Assembly: GCA_951406725.2 (NCBI GenBank)
Contig: OX597823.1
Location: 102,052,001-102,116,000, forward strand
Direction: 5' to 3'
DNA from: Octopus vulgaris
Taxonomy: Eukaryota
DNA length: 64,000 nt
The notes beneath the pieces are model-generated. The model saw nothing but the letters and a program-made list of their open reading frames with translations, had not been told where the DNA came from and searched no databases. Below are positions 1-12,777 of this stretch, in pieces. Each line of letters opens with the position of its first letter. Positions within the stretch are counted from its first letter, which is position 1. A program made the translations under genes and the position numbers.

Positions 1-955
1 CATGGATGGTCCGGCCTGGCACGGCGCATGTTTGCGCCTTGTCGACCAGTTTCTCGATGACAAGCGCCAACCTCTTGGCTAGCACCTTGGCCAAAATTTT
101 CAAGTCTGCATTAAGCAGCGTGATGGGCCTAAAGTTATCTATTACATTTCCCTTGTTTAGATCTTTCTTCAGCAGTGTTACGGCTCCTCGGCTCACAAAA
201 CCAGGAATGCTCCCGTTTTGCTGCCAGTTGCAGTACACCGCCGCCAAGAGATCTCCAAACAAGTCTGGCATACAATTGTAAAGCTCGTAGGGTAGACCAT
301 CCAAACCCGGTGATTTGTCCCTCGAGCATTCTGCCATCGCTTCCCGCACTTCCGCCGCCGTGATGGCACCTTCGCAGCACCCTGCCTTTCTTGTCGAGAG
401 TCGTGGTAGGCTATGTAGGTAGGCACTGAAGTCCACCCTACGTTCTTGCCCTCCACTCGTTCCGAACAGTCGGGCAAAATGCTGCTGAAAGGCTTCACAC
501 ATTTTACTTGGCTCGAGCAATTCGCGCCCCTGTTCATCTACCAGTGACCGAATGGTGGCTTTGTTGCCCTGTTGCGCCTCTGCCACCCGGGCCTCTCTCG
601 CGGCTCCAACACCTTCGTTCCTTAGAGCACGCATCCTAGCTCTGACAGCACATCCTTCGTGTTTGGCGTTGAAGTGTTGGTCGAGGGCCAACCTCGCCGC
701 CAAAACGTCGGATGCGATGCCGCTTCTAATTGCCTCTTCTAGCTTCTTAACTAGCTCACCCTCTACTCTATTTCTATCTATGGCTAGTGCTTTGCTGTAC
801 CTAATCGCTTCTGCTTTTACTGCTCTCTTGAGGGCAAACCACCATTTGTTGTTGATGATGGCTCCCGTCAAAGCCCTCTTTACTAGTGTGCTAATCCGGT
901 CTCTGAAAACTTGTCTCGATGGGAAAGACGCGTTTAGTTTCCAGTATCCGGGACC
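1..955 (-). mobile_element. Tx1/L1-clade non-LTR retrotransposon, 5'-truncated ORF2 (continues beyond window start)
   Basis: Positions ~1-625 are the near-identical reverse complement of ~22770-23395. Minus-strand translation starts with the GPGYWKLN motif typical of Tx1/L1 just after the APE domain, then KSPGLDG and [15 protein letters not shown]. The 5' junction abuts the (GATA)n tract. Confidence 0.9.
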
Positions 956-957
956 CT

Positions 958-993
<36 letters not shown>

Positions 994-994
994 C

Positions 995-1049
<55 letters not shown>

Positions 1050-1050
1050 C

Positions 1051-1136
<86 letters not shown>
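958..1136. repeat. (GATA)n microsatellite
   Basis: Direct reading. Confidence 0.98.
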
Positions 1137-1138
<2 letters not shown>

Positions 1139-4100
1139 CTGTTTACCAGCCATATGAATAAACGTACATATATGTGTGTGTGTGAAAGTGCTTCGCTCAC
1201 ATCTTTGAAAGAGCGATTTGAATCGTTCGTAAGCTCGTCGCTCACTTCTCCCCATCTCAAGTTAGGGTCAAATACAAACGTTTCCAAAACAAATGCCAAA
1301 CGGCGTCCTATTTCCAAGAAATCTCGCAAATGAGGACTATAGTTTACAAAGCCGGAAGCGATTTTTTCCCACGTAAGTTCCGGACCCCAGTAATGAACTC
1401 ATTTGCATACAGCCAATCAGAGCTCACCTTGACCTTGTTGTCAAGTTAACAAACACTCTACCAAGTAAACTCAAGACGAAGAACGGTGTTGTAGGTGAAG
1501 TCATGCCTGATTTTAGAAGGAGACAAGTAATTATATATAGATTTGCATCTATACCTATTATCGGATTTTGTTAGGGCCCCTTATAGTAGAGATGTGGATG
1601 GGAAAATGTGGGTAGAGGGTGATGTGCTAGCAATCCTCTCCCCTTAGTGTTTTACAAAGTGAACAACAACACAAATAATTACGCAGAGGCAGCCATGGTT
1701 GGAACAAGAACATGAGCAACAAGCATTAAAAAAAGAAAAGAAGTAGGGTCATTCCTTACCCAAGTGGCCTTATCTTATCGCCCATCACTTGTTATGCACT
1801 CATAAATTAGTCTGATAATTGAGCTCTGATGGGCTGTATGCAAATGAGTTCCTAACTGGGATCCAGAACTCTCGTAGGAGAAAATTTCGCGAGCCGGAAC
1901 TACCAGTTTATCTGCAATGATGTTTCACTCGAGCTGATATAAAAAAAAAGCAAGCACGCAACCAAGTTCTTCCCAATAATATCTGCTCCAAGAAATGCCC
2001 GTATGTATTTCTGTATCGGTCAGATAGGCACGCTTGGAGCTTTTGGAGTATTAGTGAATACATTTTATTGTGAGTGAACCCTCCCCTTTATAAATTCTTT
2101 TTTTTTTTTTTGCGAGTAGGGATAATCTGTTCGATCTCCTCTAGCCTAAAGGTGATTGATGTTCCATAGTAGTCGGATGAACCTCGAGGCTTTGTGTTGA
2201 AAGCAAACTTGTCATTGGTCTTTCGTTGTCTCTCTTCGGTATTCGTTTAGCTTGGGATTGGTACCAAACTGTTCACGCCACTAGGATATTCATGAGTGTG
2301 AGCGCTCAATCTGACAGGCCGAGATCGGTTTCTAAACTGGACCTAAAAAAAGAATCTTTAATTTAGTAAGGCTCATAAAAAGAGAGGGATCCACAGCTCT
2401 ACAATTTCATTTGGCAGGCATATTGAGAATAATAAAACCTAACTTTTGTAGATCAGTATATAATTTCTTCACGGGAGTTCAGTAAGGTAGCCTTATTGAT
2501 CCCATATTACTAACAAAGGGTATTGATAATACCACTAGATCGGATCCAGACTTGCATTTAAATATCTGCTAGTTTAATGATACATGCTTAACTGGATGTT
2601 CCGATGCGAGAAGGTTCTTGCAACGGCGCAGTTGATGATTAAGGAACCTGATGACAGAGGTTTTTCAAGTGAATGGTTCTAAATGTGAAGCCAGATATTC
2701 GGCTGCTCATATTCGTAACACCAAATCACATTTATTTACTGAATCTATTCTCTGAGGACCAATCCTCCGTCATTAGCGTAGTTTTCCTTTAGAGTTCTAA
2801 TCTTCAACTTTGCCATTCCGCTTGCCTTTCTCTTCAAAATACAGAATATCAAACTACTTGAGAGTCATAGATTTAACCGGGCTCCAGCAGGATTTTTATT
2901 TTTATTCTCAATTATTTATCAATGTCAAAGTCAATTTCTGATTTTAGGTTTAGTCCCCCATGAAGAGTTTTATCGAACAAGTAACTTCACCTTCAAGAAA
3001 ATTGTTAGTTTAGCCAATGTAAAATTTGTTTCGGAATCTGCTTTGCCCAAATGCCCTTTATCTCTCCCATATTTTCTTTCTTCTACTTTGCTCCACTTAG
3101 GTAAGTAACATTATCTGCTCTTCAACTTGAACTTGTTCCACTAGACAGGTGAATGAATCTCTCCTGTTGTGGACACTTTTGTTTTACTGTTTTTAGGCCC
3201 CGATTAGGAAAGTTCGATGTAAAGAGTTTGGGGCAACATACATATTTTTTGCTCTCTTTTCGAATAATTCGATCAATGTTCAAGATGCCACTTACTCTCC
3301 GTGTGTGTGAAATTTTCTTGGAATTAGATTGGGACTTTACTTATGACGAACATTGATAACTTACTTGGCCTGAACAAGCTCTGCATCTCCATTGCTTTTA
3401 GAGTTAATATTGACATATTTATTTGAGTGATGTAGCGAGTTCCTTGGTTCAGCAGGGATCTTGTATCGGCTGAATATAGGTCGCTTCGTTTGACATACTG
3501 AGATAAATATATTTTTAAGACAATCTCTTGCAGAATAAACATCTCCTCCATTCTTGAGCCCATGAAGTTGTCAAGGTAAGACGGGAAGTAGCCTGGCAGA
3601 CCTTGCTTGAACAGGAAATAGACGTTTTTTGGGGAATGCTACAGTATATGAGTCTTTTGCTCTTCCCATTTTCGATATTTTGTGGGAGTCGGGTGATTCC
3701 TCATGTTTGTGGAAGATCAGTGTAATCTGTGGCATTTGAGACGCTTCAACGCATTAGACTTCTTTGGGCTCTCGTTTGACCGAAGGATTAAATGACTGGG
3801 TTTCGTAATGGCGTTTGGTAGTTTCAGAGTCTCGACGTTCTGAACATTTACGAATTTCTTGAGTTATTTCCGTTGATAAAGTGAAAACGAAAATACTTTA
3901 AAAATAAAGAAAATGGAAACCGAAACCAAATTTATCTGTTGACTATTTTATCTTTCCTAAATATTTATATTTTTATCTACAAACTAACAAATCTAAAACG
4001 TTTTCAGTGATGAATTCAATGCTTTCTACTATTTAGTTAAAAGAATCAAGTTTGTTCGCCTAAAATAATAATGGTGTTGTTGTTGTCGTTGTTTTTGCTG

Positions 4101-5180
4101 AGTTGGTTGGAGTTGTTATTAATGATATCATCATCATCAAGGTATTTTACGACGGTGACTGTTTATTGTCGAATTAGAGGCAACAATTGACGCAGTTTCA
4201 GAACTTGATGCAGATGCCGAACTGATGTCGCTAGTGACACACACACACACACACATACACACACACACACACAGATATATGGATACAAATACATATCTAT
4301 AAATAAACACATACGTACATTTTTGCATTAATATCAGACAAAATATACACATAATATTGTACTTAAAGAATGTTGATATAGTGAAACCAACAGAACACCG
4401 AACCTATGAGAGTTTTAGAAAAAAATTGTTTGGAAAAAGGAAACGAAGAAACTCTTCCATGGATTCGGTAGACGGAACACTCCATTTTATTTCTCACGAC
4501 TCTCTAAGCTCTTAGTTCAAATTCTACCGAAGTCACTTTTGTCTTACATACTCTCAGGGTCGATATAAAAATGTACCAATCTAAAGTGGTACAGTTGTTG
4601 AACTGTAAAGTCGTCGGACGAGATGCCTTGCGGTATTTGTTCCGATTCTTTGCATTCTGAGTTCAAATCTCATATTGGTCTATTTAAGTAATAGACTTAA
4701 TCCCTTGTTCAGTTTAACACCACCATCTGACACTTTGGCTGCCTTTAACAGAGCTCATTCTGTCGCAAGCTTTTGGGCAAGCTCTCTAGCTTGAGAAGAT
4801 TTCACATTCTTTCTCCCATTAGTCTCAAAGGCTATGTATTTTTTTCGTGTTTTTATTAATCAGTCTCAAATGAGGTTTCGAGATTTACGAGATCTGAAAC
4901 TCAGACTATGAATATGCGATGTTATGCCAGATGAAACTCCTGATTCTTTGCAACTGAAAATTATGCCTTTACAATTAGCTAATACTTTGACATATTAACT
5001 TAATAATTTACCCTCCTTGCAATTTTTTTACATTTTATGTAGATATTGGGAAAATATTTACTTTTGAGGAATCACGTATTGAAAATCGCACCAGTGTTTT
5101 CTACCAGTTATTAATGTGTACAGTGTTTCACACAAATTTGACCAAAACCCTTTTGCAAACTTGATTTAAGGATAATAATA

Positions 5181-5597
5181 CTCTTACTCTTTTACTCTTT
5201 TACTTGTTTCAGTCATTTGACTGCGGCCATGCTGGAGCACCGCCTTTAGTCGAGCAAATCGACCCCGGGACTTATTCTTTGTAAGCCCAGTACTTATTCT
5301 ATCGGTCTCTTTTGCCGAACCGCTAAGTGACGGGGACGTTAACACACCAGCATCGGTTGTCAAGCAATGCTAGGGGGAAAACACAGACACACAAACATAT
5401 ACACACACACTCATATATATATATACATATATACGACAGGCTTCTTTCAGTTTCCGTCTACCAAATCCACTCACAAGACATTGGTCGGCCCGGGGCTATA
5501 GCAGAAGAAACTTGCCCAAGATGCCACGCAGTGGGACTGAACCCGGAACCATGTGGTTGGTTAGCAAGCTACTTACCACACAGCCACTCCTGCGCCT
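5181..5597 (-). mobile_element. tRNA-derived SINE, family A
   Basis: Head with A box (TGGCTGTGTGG) and B box (GGTTCAGTCCC), internal (TA)/(TG) tract, (GTAAAAGA)n-like tail; more than ten homologous copies in the window. Confidence 0.9.
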
Positions 5598-6619
5598 ATC
5601 AATTAAGAAATGTTACATTATTCGCTTCAGATAGCATCTCTGAGCGTTCCAAAGTAAAGCAAAAACAGCCTCGTTAATTACCGTATTTATTCGTACATAA
5701 GTCGCAATTCTTTTTCAATTAAAATCAAGTATAAAATGGTGCGTCTTATACACGAGGCAAGTTGGGAATATGCAAGTTTAATAAGCTTTTTTAGATTCAA
5801 AACATTACGCGATGGGATATCATTTATTATTCCGTATTTGATGCATTAAACCTATACACCAACGATGATAATCAGAGATGGAAATGAGGACACGCAGGAG
5901 ACGGCGCTCCCCAACTTTCCCACTTGTTGGGTGGGGTGAGTTTGTAGCGTTTAATCCTACTTCTTCTTAACCTCAACTTAACGGACCTTCGGATACCCCT
6001 AGTTCCTAAAACTTATTCCCATCAATGTTTGTTACATTATAGTTATGAAGCATTATAATTAATACATTTTAGCATTTTAATTTATGTTGCTTGATGTTCA
6101 TCATGCGTATACTTCTAAATATCCATCCCTCCATTCATCTTCTCTGCCGACTATTTCTGAGAGAGTCGTTGGAGGAAGAGTCGGCAAGTATCTCCTACGT
6201 AGGGTCCTATCAGTAGCAGCCGTCACTACGCTCTTCGGGTGGATTCCTAAAAGTGACCAACCGAGATTATGGATATTATTCAACCATCGCGTTCTTGAAC
6301 CACCGATGTGGATTTGCTAATGTCCCTGTAACTTACCGTTCGGCAAAGAAACCGCTAAAATAAGCATCTAACTTAAAAACAAAATAAGTACTGGGGTAAA
6401 TTGATTCAACTAAAGTCTTGAAGGCGGAGCCCCAGAAATTTTGAGGGGAGGGGGACTAGTTGATTACATCGAATTTATTTTAACGACCCTAAAAGAATGA
6501 AAGGCAAGGTCGATGCCGATGGAATTTGAACTCAGAACATAAAGCCGGAAGAAATGCCGTTAAACATTTTGTCCGAAGCGCTAACGACTCCACCAGCTTT
6601 CTATCTAATAATGATGATG

Positions 6620-6711
<92 letters not shown>

Positions 6712-6712
<1 letters not shown>

Positions 6713-7261
6713 GCTATGCCAACATTATGGAATAACAACAGAAAAAAGATGGTATAGGCACACACCAGAAAAGGTCACAGAAAACGAGAAAGCAACTATA
6801 CTCTGGGATATGCCGATACACACAGATAGAGAAATTAAGGCCAACAGACCAGATATAGTTGTCAGAGAGCATGAAGGAAAAAAAATGCTTTCTAATTGAT
6901 GTATCAATACCGGCAGATGACAACGTGTCCCTAAAAGAAATGGAGAAACTCTCAAAATACAAAGACATGGAAATAGAGGTAACCAGAATGTGGAATCTGA
7001 AAATAGAAACAATTCCTATCATAGTAGGTGCATTAGGCATGATAAAAAAATATTCAGTCAAATACATAACAAAAACACCAGGACTTACAAACACATATAA
7101 CATACAGAAAATTGCACTACTAGGCACTGCACACATCCTACGCAGAACACTTTCCATACAATAACCATCAGAGCATCACAACAAATCACAGCACATACCT
7201 AAGGCACACAGAGCTGCGCTCGGTAGTGAAGTGAAAGCACGCTATAAAAATAAAACTACTG
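6712..7261 (+). mobile_element. R4/Dong-like RLE retrotransposon 3' fragment
   Basis: Homologous to the 3' end of the 16680-20584 element (RPDIV, IDVSIP, KLSKY restriction-like endonuclease motifs, one frameshift); flanked both sides by (AAT)n. Confidence 0.9.
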
Positions 7262-7286
7262 AATAATAATAATGATAATAATAATG

Positions 7287-7329
<43 letters not shown>

Positions 7330-7330
<1 letters not shown>

Positions 7331-7525
7331 CCTCTCTACTATAGGCACAAGGCCTGAAATTTTGTGAGAGGAGTAAGTCGATTATAACGATCCAGTGTTC
7401 AATTGGCATTTATTTCATAAGCCCCCAAAGGATTAAAGACAAAGTCGACATCAACGAAATTTGAACTGGAAGATAGATGACTTACTACTATTTTGTCCGG
7501 CGCGCTAATGATTCTGCCAGCTGGC
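7330..7525 (-). mobile_element. SINE family B copy (degenerate)
   Basis: Reverse complement similar to 51664-52035 (gagctggcagaatc...gttcaaatt...gtcgactttg). Confidence 0.65.
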
Positions 7526-7721
7526 TGTCTTAAATCAGAGATTAATAATAAAAAGCAATGCAAATCCAATGATAGGATTAACAAATATAATTGTAATCGT
7601 GAAATAATCCAATCAAACTTTACAAGTGAGAAACGAAATCGATTTGAACAACGATGGCATTATTATTTGTTGTATGTTGTTGTTTGAGTGTTGGATCGAT
7701 CATAGGTTGAAGCCGACTCAC

Positions 7722-7757
<36 letters not shown>

Positions 7758-7879
7758 TGTATGATTGATCTGGGTATATGAATGGGTGGGGATAATGATA
7801 ATGTGCCATTCTCGTGACACACTTTCTCTTATTACTCTTTGCGTCCAGTTGATGTTCTATTTTTATTTTTCGGGGGTAG

Positions 7880-8298
7880 TCTCTTTTACTCTTTACTCTT
7901 TTACTTGTTTCAGTCATGTGACTGTGGCCAAGCTGGAGCACCGCCTTTAGTCGAATCAAATCGACCCCAGGACTTATTCTTTGTAAGCCTAATACTTATT
8001 CTATCGGGCTCTTTTGCCGAACCGGTAGGTTACAGGGACGTAAACACACCAGCCTCTGTTGTCAAGCGATGTTGGGGGGACAAACACAGATACACAACAT
8101 ATACAGACACATACATATGTATATATATATATATATATATATACGACGGGCTTCTTTCAGTTTCCGTCTACCAAATCCACTCACAAGGCCTTAGTGGCCC
8201 GAGGCTATAGTGGAAGACACTTGCCCAAAGTGCCACGCAGTGGGACTGAACCCGGAACCATGTGGTTGGTAAGCTAGCTACTTACCACACAGCCACGC
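7880..8298 (-). mobile_element. tRNA-derived SINE, family A
   Basis: Homology to other family A copies; A and B boxes present. Confidence 0.9.
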
Positions 8299-9409
8299 GT
8301 AATAATTATTTATTGTTCAATGGTGCAAAACAGAGACGAAAATTTGAAATGTTGTTAAATTTAAGCATTCTCCATAGTTACAGGTATGTACAATTATATT
8401 TAAGACGTCCGTAATCATTGAAATGTGGAAAAACCTTCGCTACGGAGACTGACTCAGAAGATCAATTTTCTTATAGATTATGTAAAAAAAAACATACCAC
8501 TAGGCTGTAAATGATGTCATCAGAGCGTAACACACGTGTTTCTGCATTGTTACTCTATATTAGCCTCGGACACCCAATTAGCCAATTAAGAACAGCCTTT
8601 ATTTAACTCATTTCCTGTCCTGTGTATCACATGTGACATACATGACATATTTCCCTGCCGTTTCTGCGTCATATACGATGCACATTTCTGGGTTTTTGGG
8701 GGATTTTTTCAACTAATAGAGTAACTTGAAATTTCTGAAATCTTTAAGTTACTCAGAACATATGAAATAAGGACTAACGTAACCAAAATTATGAAAACAA
8801 GAATAGGCGTTTGGGACAAATGAAAATGATTTGAATAAACAAAGGCTTGAACATAACAAATGATAAATTTTCTTGTGTCCAGAGAGAGTCGTTGTACCAA
8901 TATTAAGATATGCACTGGCTGGAAAGGTTGCAAAGAGCAACGAAAGAGGTTTGGCAAAAACCAACAAACAAAAACGAAACAAACGACTTACTGTTTGAAT
9001 CAGGTTAAATAAACAATCGATTGGTCAGTTGGATATTTGAGTCAAGGACATATACCCCGCTGGGACAATAATAACCCCTGAGGACAACAGATGATGATTT
9101 AAAACTTCTTAATATATTGGAGAGGAGGTAATTAATCAGGGAAGAGGGGTAATTGTCCTAGGGAGTAGTTGTCGTCGGGGGAATTGTTTTATGGGGGTGG
9201 CAGTAATTGTCCTAGTGTGGTAATATCCTGATACGGGATATTTAACCAACTGACTAATAATGAAAGAGTGGAACTGAACCAGTGCATGTGTTGGTATCGG
9301 TATAATGACTCTTCCTAGACACAATAACATTTGTTCCAAAACACGAATTCATATAAAGAATCTTGCAAACTAGATACAAAAACGAAGATAAATTTTCTGC
9401 TGTGTGGAA

Positions 9410-9822
9410 AGGAGTGGCTGTGTGGTAAGTAGCTTGCTTACCAACCACATGGTCCCAGGTTCAGTCCCACTGCGTCGCACCTTGGGCAAGTGTCTTCTAC
9501 TATAGCCTTGGGCCGACCAAAGCCTTGTGAGTGGATTTGGTAGGCGGAAACTGAAAGAAGAACGTCGTATATATGTATATATAGATATAGATATAGATAT
9601 GCGATTGTGTGTCTGTGTTTGTCCCCCTCTCAACATCGCTTGACAACCGATGCTGGTGTGTTTATGTCCCCGTAACTTAGCGGTTCGGCAAAAAAGACCG
9701 ATAGAATAAGTACTAGGCTTGCAAAGAATAAGTCCTGGGGTCGATTTGCTCGACTAAAAACGGTGGTGCTCCAGCATGGCCACAGTCAAATGACTGAAAC
9801 AAATAAAAGAGTAAAGAATAAA
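9410..9822 (+). mobile_element. tRNA-derived SINE, family A
   Basis: ggagtggctgtgtggtaag...ggttcagtccc head, internal microsatellite, tail. Confidence 0.9.
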
Positions 9823-10308
9823 GCTGGAATTAATTATTGGAGAGCACTGAACAGTGATTATTAAAATATACAGTGAGTACAATTATATTGAATACGTTCG
9901 TGTACACTGAAATGTAAAATGTCCTTCGCTGCGAAAACTATCTTCTGAGAGAAATTCTCCTTAGACAACGTTGTTTCTTTTCCTTCAGCATTTAGTGACA
10001 CAAGTTTTTGTACTTTTATGTATCATCGACATAACCCACAGATAATTAGTGAATTTTAACCAAACAAACTGTTTTTCGAAGTTATTTATAAACCATGTGC
10101 ATACAACAACAACAACAGCAAATGAAATAAGATAGAAGGGCGTTTAAAGATTCTTTCGTTTTGGCTGCGTGGGAGAATAATTTTGCTGTGCAACATATGT
10201 TGGTTGTCATCAGTGCTAAGTGAAACCTTACCAATTTCAATGAACTTCCTCAATGAATCACTCATCTACGCACACACGTGTACACACACATATACACATA
10301 CACAGACA

Positions 10309-10360
<52 letters not shown>

Positions 10361-10387
10361 TATATACTATATATATATATATATACA

Positions 10388-10439
<52 letters not shown>

Positions 10440-10441
10440 TC

Positions 10442-12777
10442 AAAAATAAGCAACAAGAATGAATCCGGTAATTTAGTACAATTGTTTCATACTACAACAT
10501 TTTATTAAAAGCTGTAAATATTACAGCAGATTTAATATGCCGCGTAATCTTCAGCTAATTTTATATAGGTTTTCCAATAATATAAAGTTCTCAGATCAAT
10601 TAATAACATCTTAGGGAGGGTAAATATTCAGATAAAGATGTAGATATGAATCTCAGGAACATGAGGTAGTGTAGTTAGGATGCCAACCTGACCAAAACTT
10701 TGCTCACAACTAACTGTTGTAAGAAAGTTTCCTTAGTTATAAGATTATTTAGTAGATTTTTATTACTTCGATACTTTAAAATTTCATAGGTTTCTATGGA
10801 ACAGAGTTGGCAGCCTACTCTATTATTTCTATAAGGTTTTGCCCTCCTAACTATATCCCATTTTAGGTTGTATTCTATATTATTTGTTTTAAGTTTCCAA
10901 ATTTTGCTAGATAGTGTAGTGCAACCTGCCTTATGTTTTATACGAAAAGAGGAGCAATGATTGTTAAGACGTCGTTTAAAATCAACAGAACAACCAAGAT
11001 AAAAGAAGACACCGTTAGAAGTTATTATAGTGCATTTATATATTACATTTTGGACCGAACAACGACCAGATGCCGGACAATTTGATCAAATCCTACAATT
11101 ACAACTGGGGGGATAATTTTCAGATTTGGAATTATTTAAGGATAGTTCTCTTACATTGCTGTTATTTAAAAAATTATTAGTAATATTATTAGTATTATTT
11201 TCATTATTAGTGGTCATATTGTTATCTAAAATAGGGTTACTATCTATTGGTCCATTTACACTATCATTCCCGTCTAACATACCGATACCTATACTACCTA
11301 CATTACTGGTAATGCTATTATCATTATTTGTATTTATATCAATGTTGTTATTACTGTTATTAATATTATTGCTACATCATTTTTAGTTTTATTTTTATTT
11401 TTATTATCCCTATTATTATCATTATAATTATTTTTATTAATATTATTGTTGTTATTATTATTATAATTGTTGTTATCATTGTGATAATGATTATTATTGT
11501 TATTTCTATTGTTGATGCTGTTATTACAACTATTATTACTATCCATGTTGATACTAATCATTCTACTCCTGGCTAACTTAATGTTTTTACTATTAAGTCT
11601 AGCTATTATGGTAGACATATTGGGGAGGGTTGAATATGAAATCCTAACTGTTCTCTTAGAAATTATTTTATGATATTTATGGGAGGCTGGGAAGTTTTTT
11701 CTAAAATAAATTTTAATTTACTGTACACATTCGTCAAGATCGCACAATTAAAGGGAATATTTAGCCAAATGATATTTTCTCTTTTATATTTTTTGTTTAA
11801 GTATGAGTTGGAGTGAGATGTGTTATTACCATTCGGACGAGAATTATTATTCTTTTTACTTCTATTTACATGTATATTAGATTTATCTAGATTGGTTTTT
11901 TCAAATTTACTTATGATCTGGTCAATATTTTTATTCATATAATTTGGTTTATACACTAGATTTTTCCTCTCCATAAATCTATTTTTATGTAGGGTATGAT
12001 AGCTATTATTGTTAACGTTATTTATATTCGCTTCATTGTTCGGGAGATACAAGCTATCCTTATCGAGAAAGGTAATTTCTTGATCATATCCCGCTTTGGA
12101 TAATGCGGTATTGTAATGGTTAGAGTGAGAGTTAAATATATCACTATTAGATGACAATTTAGAAATTCTTAGGGAAATATTTTTAACTAATGATTTTATT
12201 ATATTTGGGGATGATTAGATAACTTATTTACATATCTAGTGATTTCGCCTTCCTTTCTAAATGGATAATGTAGCTTTGAATTAAGGTTTAAGGTAACATC
12301 TAGGAAATTAACTATCTTAGTGCCAGGTTCGTAAGTAATGCTAAGGTTTAAATCTTTAAAGAATTTATTAATTTTCTTTTTAATCCTTTCAATGCTTAAT
12401 TTACTACGAACATAGCATCATCCCTATATAGACCACCTTGTAACTCAGGGATATCCCTATTTATGCATTTTAATAAGTATGCCCCTACTAGATTCGTTAT
12501 CTCAGCTAAATTGCTAGAGCCCATAAGTATATCGAAATTATTAGGGGTATCCGCCCTAGTCCATAATTTCCCTTCAAATTCAATGAGAGTTTTTCTAGCT
12601 AATAGGATTATGTCAATTTCTTCTCTAGATATAAGAGAGCGATTCATAGCAAAAATAAGTGATTTATTTAGTAGAATGGGGGATATACTAGAATAATAAT
12701 TATTGATATCAAATTGGATAAAAGAGATTCTATTAGTGTTATCTAGAGATTTAAACCAATCTATTACTTCATCTATA
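10442..12777 (-). mobile_element. Penelope-like element (PLE) 1: 5'-truncated, disrupted RT plus C-terminal GIY-YIG endonuclease
   Basis: RT motifs IQFDINNYYSSI, LMGSS, LYRDDAMF, FLDVTLNL; WLNIPF thumb; CNCR...CPASGRC linker; GIY-YIG-like NVIYKC...FYLGCSVDFKRRLNNH and CQLC; frameshifts and stops; 3' end abuts (TA)n at 10312-10438. Confidence 0.88.
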
